64,000 nucleotides of DNA from an uncultured Acidobacteriaceae bacterium (GCA_963785315.1 CAWAUX010000013.1:434351-498350), one strand, 5' to 3'. Shown: positions 21,596 to 31,359, counted from the first letter of the stretch. Notes: generated by a model not told the origin, from the letters alone. Program-made: numbers and translations.

Positions 21596-22486
21596 ATGTT
21601 TCCGAAGTTTGTTATGAATGCGTTGCTGCTTTGCCTGCTTCCCGCGGCCTTAGGCTCCGCACAACAGCTATCTCCCAAGTGGGAGGAATTGACCGCCGAG
21701 GATTTCGTAAAAGCCTTGCAGTCCTCTTCCGGCGTTTGTCTTCTGCCTTTCGGGATTATTGAGAAGCACGGACCTTCCGGCCCCCTGGGTACGGATCTGA
21801 TCAATGTGCGGGGCGCTACCCTGGAGGCAGTAAAGCAGCAATATGCCATTGTCTTTCCGGAGTATTATTTTGGCCAGATTGCCGAAGCGCGCCACCAGCC
21901 AGGAACCGTCGCCTACCGTTCGGATCTGCAACTTGCACTTTTGCAGGCAACCACCGATGAGATGGCACGCAACGGCTGCCACAAGGTGTTGATCGTGAAT
22001 GGCCATGGCGGCAACACCGCACTGCTGCAGTATTTTATTCAGCTGCAGCTGGACTCAAAAAAGGATTACGTCGTTTACATCTACGGCGGGGCCGGGCCGC
22101 GGAGTGGTGAGACGATGCCCGCAGCCGCGGCGCCGTCGAAACCGGGTGTCGATGGCCACGCAGGGGAAGTAGAAATCGCGGGCATTATGGCCAACGCACC
22201 GGGCCTGGCTCATCCGGAGAGAGCGGGGGAAGAATCCGGAGCGGACCAAAAGCGATTGGCGCTGCCTCCCGGGCTCAGTACGGGCATCTGGTGGTATGCC
22301 AGCTATCCGAATCACTATGCCGGCGACGCGGCTGGTGCGACAGCGGCCCGGGGCGCCGCCCTGCGAGAAATGAGCGCGGATGGGATTCGGAAAGCCATCG
22401 CATTCGTAAAGGCAGACACCGTGGCGCCTCAACTGCAACAGGAGTTCTTTGAGAAATCTGCTAAGCCTTTAGACACAAAACAGTAA
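21596..22486 (+). CDS. creatininase-family amidohydrolase with signal peptide
   Basis: ATG at 21596 after AGGAGG at 21586-21591. LPFGIIEKHGPSGPLGTD and VLIVNGHGGN motifs of the creatininase family. Confidence 0.75.
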   Translation: MFPKFVMNALLLCLLPAALGSAQQLSPKWEELTAEDFVKALQSSSGVCLLPFGIIEKHGPSGPLGTDLINVRGATLEAVKQQYAIVFPEYYFGQIAEARHQPGTVAYRSDLQLALLQATTDEMARNGCHKVLIVNGHGGNTALLQYFIQLQLDSKKDYVVYIYGGAGPRSGETMPAAAAPSKPGVDGHAGEVEIAGIMANAPGLAHPERAGEESGADQKRLALPPGLSTGIWWYASYPNHYAGDAAGATAARGAALREMSADGIRKAIAFVKADTVAPQLQQEFFEKSAKPLDTKQ

Positions 22487-22543
22487 GCGGACTTCCCTTT
22501 CCCGGCACGCGCGCCCGTTCCGGCAAAGGAAAATTTGTGTACG

Positions 22544-24206
22544 ATGGTGAACCATATGCATCTTCAACGTGCTCTGAGATCCTTTGCCTTGCTCGCCGGC
22601 CTGGGCATAGCGCATTTTTGCCCTTGCCGGCAATTGCGCAGACCTCCACCGCGCCAACCGCAGCCAACAGCCCTGAGTCGTTGGCCGAGATCTGGCAAAA
22701 GGCGAGCGCAAAGTACGATGCCCCACGCAACGCAATCCTTGCGGACGTGGAGCGCGGCGCCAACCAGGGTCCGTTTCGTCCGGACTGGAACTCACTGTCG
22801 CAATACAAAGTCCCTGACTGGTACCGGGATGCGAAGTTCGGGATCTTCATTCATTGGGGCGTGTATTCCGTTCCGGCGTTCGGGAGCGAATGGTATCCGC
22901 GCCAGATGTATCTCGCCGGATCGGAGGAGAACAAGCACCAGGTGAGCGTGTATGGGCCGGTGACGAAATTTGGGTACAAGGACTTTATCCCCATGTTCAA
23001 GGCCCAGCATTATGATCCGCAGGCCTGGGCGCACCTATTCAAGGAGTCCGGCGCACGATACGTGGTCCCGGTGTTTGAACACCATGACGGCTTCCAGATG
23101 TACGACAGCAATCTCTCCGACTGGACCGCGATGAAGATGGGGCCGCACCGCGACCTGGTGGGCGATCTAGGGAAGGCAACCCGCGCAGAAGGGCCTTTAC
23201 TTCGGAGCTTCGTCGCATCGCATCGAGCATGATTGGTTTATGGAGGGCGGGCGCACCATTCCGTCTGACGTGAATGATCCGCAATACGCCGCCTTGTACG
23301 GACCGGCCCAGAAACAGCTGGAGGACAAAGCGGGAGGAAGCAATCTGCAGGAGGACTGGACCTATGTCAGCCCCGCCTATGCCAACGATTGGCTTGCCCG
23401 GGATGCGGAAATTGTCCAAAAATACCACCCCGACATCATCTTTTTCGATTGGTGGATCGGGCAACCGGATGTTCGTCGTTATCTAGCCAAGTTTGCTGCT
23501 TACTATTACAACGAATCGAGCAAACGCGGGCCGGTCGGCATCATCACTTACAAATGGGTGGATATGCAGAAGGATTCGGGCGTGCTCGATATTGAACGCG
23601 GCCAGCTGGACCAGACGCTCGACCGCGTTTGGCAGACCGATACCTCGGTCAGCAACAAATCGTGGGGATACATTGAGCACGACACCTTCAAGACACCGGC
23701 CTTCATCGTGCACCAACTCGCCGACGTGGTGAGCAAGAATGGCAACCTACTGTTGAATATCGGGCCCCGTTCCGACGGGACTATTCCGGACGAAGTACAG
23801 CAGGTGTTGCTGGCGGTAGGTGGCTGGCTGAAGGTCAACGGCGAAGCGATCTACGGAACCCGGCCCTGGGTGAGCTATGGAGAAGGGCCCACCAAGGTCG
23901 CGGCGGGGTCCTTCCAGGACACGAAGACGCAGGAATATACGGCGGAGGATTTCCGCTTCACCACCAAGGGCAGACAATCTTTATGCCATCGAGCTGGCGT
24001 GGCCCTCGGGTAAGGAAGCAGTGGTTCATTCCCTGACCGAAGGCGCGCTCAAGGGTAAGAAGATCCGCACCATCGCACTGCTCGGTTCGGATGCTCAGCT
24101 CACCTATACTCTGCAGGCAGACGGGCTGCATATCGCGCTTCCGTCGCAACCGGCGGAAGGCTATGCTTATGCGTTCCGCGTCGCATTGGACGGCCCGCCT
24201 CGCTAG
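22544..24206 (+). pseudogene. alpha-L-fucosidase, GH29; three to four frame breaks
   Basis: Signal peptide MHLQRALRSFALLAGLG in frame 2. The mature part, with DAKFGIFIHWGVYSVPAFGSEWYPRQMY, is in frame 1. It continues as GLYFGASSHRIEHDWFMEGG... in frame 2 from ~23190, and as ...DNLYAIELAWPSGKEAVVHSL...AFRVALDGPPR in frame 3 from ~23965. Confidence 0.8.
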
Positions 24207-24485
24207 CTGCATCCCTTCAAGGACGAATTCGTTCACTTTTGTCTGGTAGCCGCGGCACTTTGCTTTGAGCCAAGCTAAGACATCCGCATCCAGACGGATC
24301 GATGCTGACTACTTAATAGGGCGATACCACTTACCTCGTACTGCGTTCTTCCAAGCTCCCGGAGGAAGCTCTGGGATATCGGAAGTGTTGATTTTACTTT
24401 CGGGCATTGCGGCCAGTGCCTGAATTTCCCGCTTCTGGCTGGCGGTCAGCGGCTGGCCACGCTTCGATTTCGTTCGCCTCTTCAT
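24195..24485 (-). pseudogene. BrnA-like antitoxin, orphan, interrupted by an in-frame TAG (24309-24311)
   Basis: MKRRTKSKRGQPLTASQKREIQALAAMPESKINTSDIPELPPGAWKNAVRGKWYRPIK-TAG-SASIRLDADVLAWLKAKCRGYQTKVN, all in one frame by my translation. Resembles BrnA (SDIPEL...AVRGK..RP and IRLD.DVL.W.K..G.GYQT). No BrnT is adjacent and the 3' end is undefined. Confidence 0.5.
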
Positions 24486-24511
24486 ATTCGATTCGCTCCT
24501 GCCGGGCGACC

Positions 24512-25943
24512 TTACGAGACGGGCTGATCGGTAATCTGCTCGCGCGTTGGGTCCCAGTACAACTTCCTGCCACTCCAGTAAGACTGGGCGGCCATGATGC
24601 ACACGATGGCGTGGGAGAAACCATTGTCCACGGTGGCATTCGGCTGTTTACGCGCCTGCATCGATTGCAGCCAGTTCACCAGGTGCGTAACATCGTCATC
24701 GTCTGGGCCAACCGAATTAGGAGCCGGTGCGTTGGGAACGCGGACAATCTCCTCGCCGTCGCCGGAGGGCCCAACAATGGGTAGTTTGGAGTAAATCGGC
24801 CCGACGTCGAACGGATCAAATTCGTTTCTAGCCACCTTCCCTGGTGACAGTGAACAAAGATGCACCCTCGCCCCCGTAGTTGTCGATCGTTCCATCGCGG
24901 CCTTGAATGCGGGCGAAGCTGCGATAGCTGTTTCCAAAAATCGTCTTGTAGGTATAGAGAAATCCCTTTGGATAGGTGACCGCCGCAACGGCGGTATCGG
25001 GATTCTCGCGACCATCCGGCCAGGTGAAGATGCCGCCGGTAGCCATCACGCTCGTTGGATACGCCTCATCCGTCCAGAGATGGACCATATCGCATCCATG
25101 GCTTAGCCACTGATCAAAGATTCCCGAAGAAAAATCCTTATAAAGCCGAAACTCCAGATACACGTGAGGATCGAAGGGACGATTCGGTTTTCCCAGGAGC
25201 CAACGGTTCCAATCCGTGTCTTCTTCGCGGAGCTTTGATTTTCGCCCGTAGAGCCATTGCTTCCACTCCAGGTTGACATCCATCAGCATCTCGCGGGTTT
25301 GGCCGGTATCGTTCGGCGTGAACCTCCAGCGCCCTTCATTCACATTCCATTCCTGCTCGATATGGACAATTTTGCCGATGCGCCCGGAGCGGATGACGTC
25401 ACGTATGGCCAGGGGATAGGGTTGGCTGCGATGCTGTGTGCCCACCTGGACGATCTGCTTCGATTGCTTCGCCGTATCGCGCGCTTCGATGGCTTCCGAG
25501 AGCACGTTGGCAAACGGTTTCTCCACGTAGCAGTCCTTGCCCGCTCGCACCACTTCCGTACACAGCTTGGCATGCTGAAAATCGCCGGTCGCGATCATCA
25601 CGCCGTCGATGTCCTTGCGGGCCAGCATCTCTTCCGCATACTTATAGGTTTGCGGCTCGAGATTGAAGGCGAGCTTTACCTGGGCTGCACGGTGCTCCCG
25701 GGCCAAGCTCCAGAGGTCACATACGGCAACCGTCTCCACCGGCATCTGCTTGGCCGCCAGGTGGACCATGTGGACGTGGCCTTGACTACGGTCTCCGCAG
25801 CCCAGTTGACCGATACGGATGCGGTCGTTCGCTCCCAGCACCCGCGCATAGGAGCGGGCGTCCATCCCCGCAGTCAGCAGCGCTCCCGCCGCCTGCTTCA
25901 CAAATGTTCGCCTATCGATTCCCAGGTTTTCCTGGTCTGTCAT
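24512..25943 (-). pseudogene. Gfo/Idh/MocA-family oxidoreductase with Tat signal; frame break ~24845
   Basis: MTDQENLGIDRRTFVKQAAGALLTAG (Tat), then the IRIGQLGCGDRSQGH Rossmann start. ...GASLFTVT changes frame to GKVARNEFDPFDVGPIYSKLPIVGPSGDGEEIV...YWDPTREQITDQPVS. Confidence 0.8.
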
Positions 25944-25984
25944 CTTGTCCTCCGGTGCCGGCAGACTCACACAAGCTCGCTCAA

Positions 25985-26338
25985 TCATTGCTTCTTAGCC
26001 GTGAAGTCTCCCGACGTATCCGACGGGTCCGCGGTCACTGTGCCTTTGATCAATGTATTCGAGTCCAGCGTTCCCGTGTACGTGAGGGTATAAACCGTAC
26101 CCTCATACTGCTGATCGTACTTCCAGGTCACTTGCTTTTCGTTTACGCTTCCCTCGACGGTTTGAACGTGATCAGACACTTGACAGCTTCCGGAGATCTG
26201 CTTGTCCGTCTGCTTCAGCGTGCAGGTGGGAGTAATCGGGTGGTCGGCGATCAGTCCGTCGACCTTCCACACGCCAGAAACGTCATCGGCCCATGCGGGC
26301 AGCGAAGCAAACAAGAGCAAAGCAATCATTCTCTTCAT
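25985..26338 (-). CDS. small secreted hypothetical protein
   Basis: MKRMIALLLFASLPAWADD signal peptide and ~117 aa. It lies directly upstream of the oxidoreductase on the same strand. Confidence 0.5.
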   Translation of the reverse strand: MKRMIALLLFASLPAWADDVSGVWKVDGLIADHPITPTCTLKQTDKQISGSCQVSDHVQTVEGSVNEKQVTWKYDQQYEGTVYTLTYTGTLDSNTLIKGTVTADPSDTSGDFTAKKQ

Positions 26339-26675
26339 GGCCGTACCCTGACTTTCGTACTCATTCACTGTTATGTTGCTGACGATTAGAAGGCGAGCTC
26401 GACCGCGCCTGGGAAGATTCTAGCTCCGTGATTTGGGTAATTGCGGGTAAAATCGGATTGCCCATTTCCTTGATACACTTTGTTTTCGTTCAATTGGTGC
26501 GGACAGGCCGCCTCGTGCTTCCCGTACCAGGACCGCCGGCGAGAACAAATCTAAAACTGCTTTTGGCGTACATGCATAGTGATCGCCGGCGGCATCAAGA
26601 GCCAGCGATCACTATGCATGTGGGCCTGCACGCAGCCCTTGTTCCAGATAAGTAAAACCTATGAGGATCGAAGCA

Positions 26676-27461
26676 ATGGAAACGAAGCACTTTGAAGTGG
26701 GAAGCATGAAGCTGGAGATCCACGCCAGTAAAAAGGCTGCCGGCGAAGCGGCCGCACAGTCTGCCGCGCAGGCGCTCAAGCAGCTGGATCAGAGCCGCAA
26801 CGCAATCGGCGTCATCTTTGCGACCGGCGCCTCGCAGCTGGAAACGTTACGCGCGTTGACCTCCCTTCCGGATCTGCCCTGGAAGAAAGTTCATGGCTTT
26901 CATCTGGATGAGTACCTGGGAATCGATGAGAATCATCCCGCTTCCTTCCGCCGCTATCTGCGCGAAAACCTGACCGAACGTGTGAACATGGCAGAATTCC
27001 TTGAGATCGATGGAAGTTCGCCCGATTCCGATCGTGTGCGACAAGATTATGTTCAACAACTGCGTGAGGCCAATCCACAGCTCTGCTTGTTGGGGATCGG
27101 CGAAAACGGGCACCTGGCATTCAACGATCCCGCCGAGGCGAACTTCGATGATCCCGAGGCGATGAAGGTGGTCACGCTGGATGCGGCATGCCGGCAACAG
27201 CAACTTGCGGAAGGTTGGTTTGCCACGTTTGAAGATGTTCCGGAGCGGGCCCTTACCCTGACGATTCCGACCATGTTCAAGGTACCCAAGCTGATTGTTT
27301 CGGTCCCCGGACGCCGCAAGGCGGAGATTGTCCGGCGTACGCTCGAGGATCCGATCTCGACCGCCTGCCCGGCTACCCTCCTCCGCACTCATCCGGATGT
27401 GACGATTTACCTGGACGAGGATTCCGCCTCTGCGTTGAACGGATTGGTGCCATCGCACTGA
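26676..27461 (+). CDS. glucosamine-6-phosphate deaminase / 6-phosphogluconolactonase family protein
   Basis: VIFATGASQ, FHLDEY and LLGIGENGHLAFNDP motifs typical of NagB-type deaminases. Intact ORF. Confidence 0.75.
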   Translation: METKHFEVGSMKLEIHASKKAAGEAAAQSAAQALKQLDQSRNAIGVIFATGASQLETLRALTSLPDLPWKKVHGFHLDEYLGIDENHPASFRRYLRENLTERVNMAEFLEIDGSSPDSDRVRQDYVQQLREANPQLCLLGIGENGHLAFNDPAEANFDDPEAMKVVTLDAACRQQQLAEGWFATFEDVPERALTLTIPTMFKVPKLIVSVPGRRKAEIVRRTLEDPISTACPATLLRTHPDVTIYLDEDSASALNGLVPSH

Positions 27462-27532
27462 GGGATGGCGGCCTTCCACGCATTTAGAAAAGCGAGAGCG
27501 GCGCTCAAAGACCGGCTAAGATAGCGAGCCAA

Positions 27533-28849
27533 ATGGATGAGATGAAGGGAATGCAACCGCGGATAGGCTTAGCCCCGCCTGGGGTTCGGACTTCCGGCAG
27601 AACGCGTTGGTGGATTGTCTGGACGCTTTTCTTTTCCACTGTCACCAATTACATCAGCCGGCAGACCTTCTCTGTGCTGGCTCCCATGCTGGTCAAGCAG
27701 TACCACTTCAGTCATGCAGATCTGGGCCGGATTCTCGGTGTATTTCAGATTTCCTACGCGATTATGTGGCTGGTGGGGGGGGTCTTCCTGGACGCCGTGG
27801 GCACCCGGCTCGGCTTGGCTCTGGCGGTAAGCTTCTGGTCGGTGGTGAACATCTTCACTGGGTTCGCCAGTTCTGTTTTCGGTTTTGCCGCATTTCGATT
27901 TCTGCTGGGGGTGGGAGAAGGTGTCAACTGGCCGGGCGCCAGCAAGACGGTAGCCGAGTGGTTTCCCAGTCAGGAACGCAGCGTTGCTGTGGCTATTTTC
28001 GACAGCGGCTCGAGCATTGGCGGCGCCCTGGCTGCTCTGGTAATTCCCTGGATTGCCATCGCCTTTGGCTGGCGCTGGTCTTTTGTGTTTTCCGGAGCGC
28101 TGGGCTTCGTTTGGCTGGCGATGTGGTTGCGTGTCTACCATCCGCTGGATCGTCATCCCAGGGTCAGCCCGGAGGAGGTGGCTCTTATTCGCGCCGGCCA
28201 GGAGCCGACGCTCACGTTCAAGGGTGGGGGCGTTGCACGATGGCTTGAGTTGCTCAAGAGTTCGAATGTTTGGGCCATCGTGCTCGGCCGCGCGCTGACC
28301 GATCCGATCTGGTGGTTCTACATTTTCTGGCTGCCCCAGTACTTGAGTGATGCCCGAGGGTTCAGCCTGAAGAGAATCGCGCTGTTCGCATGGATACCCT
28401 TCGTGGCCGCCGATGTGGGTAACTTTACGGGAGGCTTCATCTCCGGCTATTGCATCCGGCGGGGGATTCCAGTGATTCGGGCTCGCTTGTGGGTGTGCGC
28501 CATCAGCTGCCTGCCCATCCTCGCCGGCATTCCCGCGGCTCGCGTGCACAGCGCGTACTCCGCCCTGGCGCTGATTTGCGTGGCTCTCTGGGGGTATGCC
28601 AGCTGGTCCACGATGGGGCTCACCTTGCCCTCCGATCTTTTTCCCCAGGATGTAGTTGCCACGGTGACCGGGTTAAGCGGATTTGCGGCAGGTCTGTTGA
28701 GCGCAGTTTTCACCTTCGCGGTAGGTTTCCTGGTGGATCGGTTTTCTTACACACCCGCATTTCTGGTGGCCGGACTGCTCCCGATCGTGGCCACAGCGTG
28801 CGTGTTCCTGCTGATATCTCCGCCGGCTGCAAGCGTTGCCAAGGGTTGA
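27533..28849 (+). CDS. MFS transporter (anion:cation symporter / hexuronate-type)
   Basis: Intact 438-aa ORF with ~12 hydrophobic segments and an N-terminal RWWIVWTLFFSTVTNYISRQTFSVLAP typical of ExuT/ACS-type MFS proteins. Confidence 0.8.
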   Translation: MDEMKGMQPRIGLAPPGVRTSGRTRWWIVWTLFFSTVTNYISRQTFSVLAPMLVKQYHFSHADLGRILGVFQISYAIMWLVGGVFLDAVGTRLGLALAVSFWSVVNIFTGFASSVFGFAAFRFLLGVGEGVNWPGASKTVAEWFPSQERSVAVAIFDSGSSIGGALAALVIPWIAIAFGWRWSFVFSGALGFVWLAMWLRVYHPLDRHPRVSPEEVALIRAGQEPTLTFKGGGVARWLELLKSSNVWAIVLGRALTDPIWWFYIFWLPQYLSDARGFSLKRIALFAWIPFVAADVGNFTGGFISGYCIRRGIPVIRARLWVCAISCLPILAGIPAARVHSAYSALALICVALWGYASWSTMGLTLPSDLFPQDVVATVTGLSGFAAGLLSAVFTFAVGFLVDRFSYTPAFLVAGLLPIVATACVFLLISPPAASVAKG

Positions 28850-28886
28850 GGTGTTTGCCCAGTTCGCTATACGGGCCGACTAAAGA

Positions 28887-29600
28887 GACTGCGGAAAAAC
28901 TCTCCACGAAGGGCACGGCTTCAGCCGTGCCGCACAAGCCGTATGCGAGACCCGGCTTTAGCCGCTGAGGTACGGCTTTTCACGGGTAATTCCGTGCAGG
29001 CACAAGCTTGCAGAAGCGTACCTCAGGGGCTAAAAGAGTCTGTGTGGGAACTCGAAAATAGACCTCGAATCGGACCCAGGCCCATAGGGCCGGTAGCCAA
29101 AATGTGCCCAGCCCGGGAGGGCTGGGACATCGATTCCGCAACAACGTCCGAGCGCCGGAGGTGCGGCACCGCGAATGTTGGTAGTGCCGCGCCTCCAGCG
29201 CTCCATAATCTTGCCGATCCCTATCCCAGCCCTTCTCCGGATTTCCTGCACGGGGCGCCACCAACATCCGCGTGTGCGGCTTTCGTTAAGGAAAGCCGCA
29301 TGAAGTGCGCCAACGCCAGCAAGGTCCACAGGAAATCCGGATCCGGGCTGGGCTGCGCAGTTTGGCTACCGGCCCTACGGGCCTGGGTCCGATTTGCGGT
29401 TCATTCCCGGTTGTCACACCCCCTCTAAAGGCCGTCATTGCTGTACTTTTTACGGCACGGCTGAAGCCATGCCCTTCGTACAACGCGTTTTTCCGCAGCC
29501 TTTTAAAGCCCTCATAGCTGTAGCTTTTTGTGGCACGGCTGAAGCCGTGCCCTTCGTAGCGAGTTTTCCGCAGCCTTTTTCGCCCGCACCTACCTAACCG
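28887..29600. repeat. cluster of palindromic intergenic repeat units in both orientations
   Basis: GGCACGGC-TTCA-GCCGTGCC hairpins at ~28912-28931, and in the opposite orientation at ~29455-29474 and ~29533-29552. They are flanked by GCTGCGGAAAA(A)CTC / GAGTTTTCCGCAGC. GGCTTTAGCCGCTGAGG at ~28954. The same modules occur at 12695-12866. Confidence 0.75.
29064..29395. repeat. MITE-like element with ~33-bp terminal inverted repeats and an internal 9-bp hairpin
   Basis: GAATCGGACCCAGGCCCATAGGGCCGGTAGCCAAA (from 29067) against TTTGGCTACCGGCCCTACGGGCCTGGGTCCGATT (from 29361). Internal GCGGCTTTC-GTTAAG-GAAAGCCGC at 29276-29299. No coding capacity. Confidence 0.45.
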
Positions 29601-29668
29601 CGGAGGTCCCACACAAACGCTGAAAGCTCACATTCTTCCACCGTGGTGGTACTCTCGGTCGGAAGAGA

Positions 29669-30568
29669 ATGGCGCGGGAGAGTTCCTTCATGAAGCTGTT
29701 GGCCAAGTTCAATCTCATCCTACTGGTTATTTTCGGGGCAGGCGGGCTGCTTATCTGCCAACTCGCTTACAGCTTTCTGATCCGCAACGCCCGGCGCGAA
29801 GTTCTTGCCCAAGCTGAACTCATGATGGCCGGGACCAGAGCGGTGCGCGATTACACAGCGGATGATCTCTCGCCGCTGTTGCAGCAGAATCCACGCCATA
29901 AAGTAAGGTTCCTGGCCGAGACTATCCCCTTCTTCGCCGCCACAACCACGTTCAACAAGGTGCGCAAGAGCTATCCGGAGTACTCCTACAAAGAAGCTAC
30001 GCTCAACCCGACAAATCCCGAAGATCGCGCCTCTGATTGGGAAGCCGATGTCATTCGTGGGCTACGCGATCATCCTGAGCAGCAACAGGTGGTGGGCGAA
30101 CGTGATACCCCCTCCGGCCAGGCACTTTTTCTAGCCCACCCCATTAAAGTGGATCCTCCGTGCATGGAATGTCACAGCGTTCCCTCGGCCGCACCCCAGG
30201 CTATGCTCACCGTCTATGGTTCTGCCAATGGCTTCGGCTGGAAGCCAAATGAGATCGTCGGCGCCCAGATCATCTCCGTACCCATGTCGGTGCCAATCGC
30301 GATTGCAAACCAGGCTTTTCGCAGCCTGGTGGTAGCGCTCCTGCTGACCTTGCTGCTGGCCATTCTCGCGCTCGATGCAGGTGTTTACTGGTTGGTTATT
30401 CGTCCGCTCAGGATTGTTTCTGACAGTGGAGACCGCATCAGCAAGGGGGATAAAAACGTACCCCCGCTGGTGGTGTCAGGAAAGGACGAGATCGCCAGTG
30501 TGATCGCATCCTTCAATCGCATGCGGGTGAGCCTCACCAAGGCCCTGGCCATGCTTGAAGAGAGTTAA
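29669..30568 (+). CDS. DUF3365-type c-heme sensor domain + TM + HAMP, with no output domain
   Basis: N-terminal TM segment, periplasmic domain with a CMECH heme-binding motif (DPPCMECHSVPSAAP), a second TM segment, then HAMP (IRPLRIVSDSGDRISKGD...IASVIASFNRM). The protein ends ~15 aa after HAMP. Alternative start at 29690. Confidence 0.7.
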   Translation: MARESSFMKLLAKFNLILLVIFGAGGLLICQLAYSFLIRNARREVLAQAELMMAGTRAVRDYTADDLSPLLQQNPRHKVRFLAETIPFFAATTTFNKVRKSYPEYSYKEATLNPTNPEDRASDWEADVIRGLRDHPEQQQVVGERDTPSGQALFLAHPIKVDPPCMECHSVPSAAPQAMLTVYGSANGFGWKPNEIVGAQIISVPMSVPIAIANQAFRSLVVALLLTLLLAILALDAGVYWLVIRPLRIVSDSGDRISKGDKNVPPLVVSGKDEIASVIASFNRMRVSLTKALAMLEES

Positions 30569-31359
30569 GCCGACCTCCGGCAGGAAGCCAGGAACTTAGC
30601 CCGGTCCGCGCTCGAATCAATCTCCTGCGCAACCAGGGCACAAAGATCGGCGACAGAGGTGCAGCGTTTGGCGGCCCGCCTAACCACAATTTCGGCGATG
30701 GGACCGATGTAGGCTGCAAGCTCGCGGCCGACTCGTTCGAGGATGGCTCTCTCGATCCCGGCAATCGCGGTTGGCTCGGCTTCGGCAACAGGCTTCTGCA
30801 TCAGAGCGGCCGGCAGCGGGGTGCTACCGGAAGAGGGGGTTTGCAGGGGAACCTGTTCCCCCGAGCCTCCCATATAAGGCCGTAATGCCTGGATCAGCAC
30901 CCGGACGTCCGACTTCCAGCGCGCATGGGTTAATTCAACCGCGTTTCTGTAAGCCAGCTCCCGCAAATCGGCAGGAAGCTGGTCGGCGCGCGGCATCCTG
31001 GCGCCGCGAACCAGGACCGGTACTACAGGAATATCCCGTCGGAGAGCCGATGCAATCTCCAGCCGAACAAAGTCCGTTTCCTCCTCAAGACGTCTTTGAC
31101 CGGAGGCGTTCTTCGACTCCAGCCAGTCCCGCCCCACCACCGCCAGCAGCACACTGCATTTGTGGATGGACTCGTCAATTGCTTTTCGGAAATCACGGCC
31201 GGGCTGAATCGCATTCACATCCATGAACACAGATCCTTCCTGGAAGGTCTGTGCCAGGTCGTCGGAAAGGCGGCCGGCCTCACCCTCAGAATCGTCGCGG
31301 CGATAGCTGATGAAGATCGTCTGCAGGTCAGAGCTCCTGGGGAGTAAGTCCCCCTTCAT
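30565..31359 (-). CDS. TIR-domain protein with Pro/Ser linker and small helical C-terminal domain
   Basis: IFISYRRDDSEGEAGRL...VFMDVNAIQPGRDFRKAIDESIHKCSVLLAVVGRDW...ETDFVRLEIASALRRDIPVVPVLV is a bacterial TIR_2-type pattern. C-terminus ...GRELAAYIGPIAEIVVRRAAKRCTSVADLCALVAQEI. ATG at 31359 preferred; the ORF is open to 31455. Confidence 0.8.
   Translation of the reverse strand: MKGDLLPRSSDLQTIFISYRRDDSEGEAGRLSDDLAQTFQEGSVFMDVNAIQPGRDFRKAIDESIHKCSVLLAVVGRDWLESKNASGQRRLEEETDFVRLEIASALRRDIPVVPVLVRGARMPRADQLPADLRELAYRNAVELTHARWKSDVRVLIQALRPYMGGSGEQVPLQTPSSGSTPLPAALMQKPVAEAEPTAIAGIERAILERVGRELAAYIGPIAEIVVRRAAKRCTSVADLCALVAQEIDSSADRAKFLASCRRSA

Noticed and set aside
24309-24311. The in-frame TAG as a recoded (pyrrolysine or read-through) codon.
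   Set aside because: It is a single occurrence in a toxin-less antitoxin remnant. No pyl genes are visible. Other genes in the window use TAG as a normal stop, for example at 8.. (the FG-GAP candidate stop at 7275-7277), at 24204-24206 and at 47183-47185.
28860-29640. Repeat-dense region as a possible CRISPR array.
   Set aside because: The repeats occur in both orientations, are of several kinds, and show no constant repeat-spacer period. No cas genes are present in the window.
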